From positions 251,067-315,066 of the forward strand of contig MU004233.1 of the NCBI GenBank assembly GCA_010405405.1: a stretch of 64,000 bases of DNA, given 5' to 3'. Origin of the DNA: Microthyrium microscopicum (lineage: Eukaryota). Under the pieces are notes generated by a model. It searched no databases, was not told the DNA's origin, and worked only from the letters and a program-made list of their open reading frames with translations. Within the stretch, counting starts at the first letter, position 1, and each line of letters starts with the position of its first letter. The position numbers and the translations under genes were made by a program. Of the stretch, positions 62,001-64,000 are shown in pieces.

Positions 62001-64000
62001 AAACTACTTAAAATTAAGTAAGCTAAGATTATATACTATAAAGTATAATAATAAATAATAAAACTTATTTTAATATTATAAATTATATCTTAACTAAGAA
62101 GCTTTAATTAAAAATATATTATTTCCTAAAGAAGTTAACTAAATACTTAAATAGTATACTTATAACTATTTATAAAGTAGTAACTACTAAAGTAATAGTA
62201 GTTAATTCTAATAAAATCTTAAAGACTAATAAAGTATTATTTTATATTATAAACTTACTATATTATATAATTATTATAAAAATACCTTAGCTTAAAAACT
62301 AGAACTCTTTATTAAACTTTAAGGTTAAGACTTTATTCTTTATTTATCTAAAAAATAACTATTATAGTAAAATTAGCTTTATCTCTCTAAAGAAATTACT
62401 TTAATTAAGTTAAAATAAATTTACTTAGCTCTTTAAGTATTTAATAGGTTTATTAGACTATACTAATTTATAAGACTTACTATATTACTATAAGGAACTT
62501 ATAAAAGCCTTTAATAAAAATAAAATATAAGATTTAGTAGAATATAGTCTATAAGACTTAGCTATTAACCTTAAGCTAAGTATAAGTATACTCTATAAGC
62601 CTATTTATAGCCTATTAGAAATAAAACTAGTTATTCTATATAAATACCTTAAAAAAGACCTTAAAAGAGGATTTATTTATAAATCTTAGTCTTTTACTAG
62701 AGCTTTAATTATCTTTATAAAAAAAAAGAATAATACTTTATATTTATATATAGACTATAGAAACTTAAATAATATTATAATTAAGAACTATTATACTTTA
62801 CTACTAATTAAAGAATTATTAAACTAACTATTAAAAGCTAAGCTCTATATAAGCTTAAACCTTTATAAAATATACTATTATATCTATATTTATATTAATA
62901 ATAAGTAAAAGATAGTATTCTAAACTAAATATAAATCCTTTAAATACTAAGTAATATTCTTTAAGCTTACTAATACTTTTACTACTTTCTAAATATATAT
63001 TAACTAAGCTTTATATAGCCTTATTAATATAACTTATATTATCTATCTTAATAATATTCTTATTTTTTCTAAGAATAAAGAAGATTATATTAAATATATA
63101 AAGAAAGTACTTAAAAGACTTATTAAGTTTAAATTATATACTAAGCTATTAAAGTATAGCTTTTATATAAATTAAACTAAATATCTTAAATATATTATAA
63201 CTTTAAATAGTACTATAGTAGAACTAGAATAAATTATAATAATTATAAATTAGCTAACGTTACGTAATATATATTAAGTAAAAGAATTTATTAGCTTTAT
63301 AAACTACTATTAATATTTTATTACTAATTTCTTTTATATTACTTCCTTATTAAACTCTTTAACTAAGAAGCTTTTAAGGTAAACTCTAAAAGATTAATAG
63401 CTATATAATAAGAAATTAGTTTCTATTAACTTTTCTTCTAAAGCTATTTAATTCTTTAATAATCTAAAGGCTACCTTTATATATATATTAATTTTTATTT
63501 ATTATAATTCTATATTAAAAACTTATCTAAAAATAAATACCTTTAAGTAAGTAATTTATAATATTTTAAGCTAAAAATAAACTAAGCTAAGCTAAGAAGG
63601 CTAATAATAACTTATAATATTTTACTTAAAAAAGCTATTAAGACTTAAGAATTACTATAAAACCCTATAGTAGAAGTTTCTAGCTATTATTAACTCTATA
63701 AGAATTTTTTATAAGTACTTATATAATATTCTAAAGTTCTTAATTCTAATAGATTATATAAACTTTTATTTACTTAATATATTCTAAAATATTTTTATTA
63801 TATATATAAAATAAGTAGATTTCCTTACTAAGTTTAAGTTTAATATTAAGTACTATTTAGAGAAGATAAACTCTATAAATAGACCTTTATAAAGACTAGA
63901 CTATATTTTCTTAGGTAATATAAAGTAGAAAAAAACTATAAATATTTTATTAAACCTTATCTAAGATAAACTATAACTATTTAAAGCTTTTAAGTCTAAT
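59059..64000 (+). mobile_element. Ty3/Gypsy LTR retrotransposon, RIP-inactivated, truncated by the window end
   Basis: Abrupt shift to TpA-rich sequence. RT relics include IDYRNLNNIIIKNYYTLLLI ~62750 (VDYRxLN..KNRY.LP), IFFKLTN ~62955 (MPFGLTN) and IYLNNILIF 63041 (YLDD), followed by RNase H relics ~63525-63760. The probable LTR start is TGTGAGGA at 59059; its exact 3' end is uncertain. Confidence 0.9.

Noticed and set aside
1..64000. tRNA or rRNA genes
   Set aside because: The GGTTCGA-like hits seen (~12675, ~14740, ~19162) lack cloverleaf context. No rRNA-like sequence was recognised.

Overview
Filamentous ascomycete (Pezizomycotina-type) genomic DNA with short spliceosomal introns and RIP-mutated transposons. 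The left part carries conserved genes: malic enzyme, a HAM1/BPI-like protein, a CIR-N/LENG1-like protein, fimbrin and a cytochrome b561 protein. The rest looks accessory. It holds several secreted proteins (a 6-Cys small secreted protein missed by the ORF track, an Apple/PAN repeat protein, a Reeler-like protein, a pepsin-type protease and a CE5 esterase), a WW-domain low-complexity protein, a patatin phospholipase, two Zn2Cys6 transcription factors, an MFS transporter and a frameshifted membrane-protein gene. One Zn2Cys6 gene has two TGA stops in its first eight codons. Three F-box genes and a relic paralog surround a full-length RIP-inactivated Copia retrotransposon (295-bp LTRs, CCTGG target-site duplication). 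A RIP-inactivated Gypsy element begins 40 bp after the esterase gene and runs off the right end. The window opens with an alternating-orientation (foldback) repeat. Gene models were spliced by eye, and family calls come from recognised motifs, not database searches. No clearly new system was demonstrated. The best leads are the F-box/patatin/Copia locus, the double-stop transcription factor, the hidden small secreted protein and the left-end foldback repeat.
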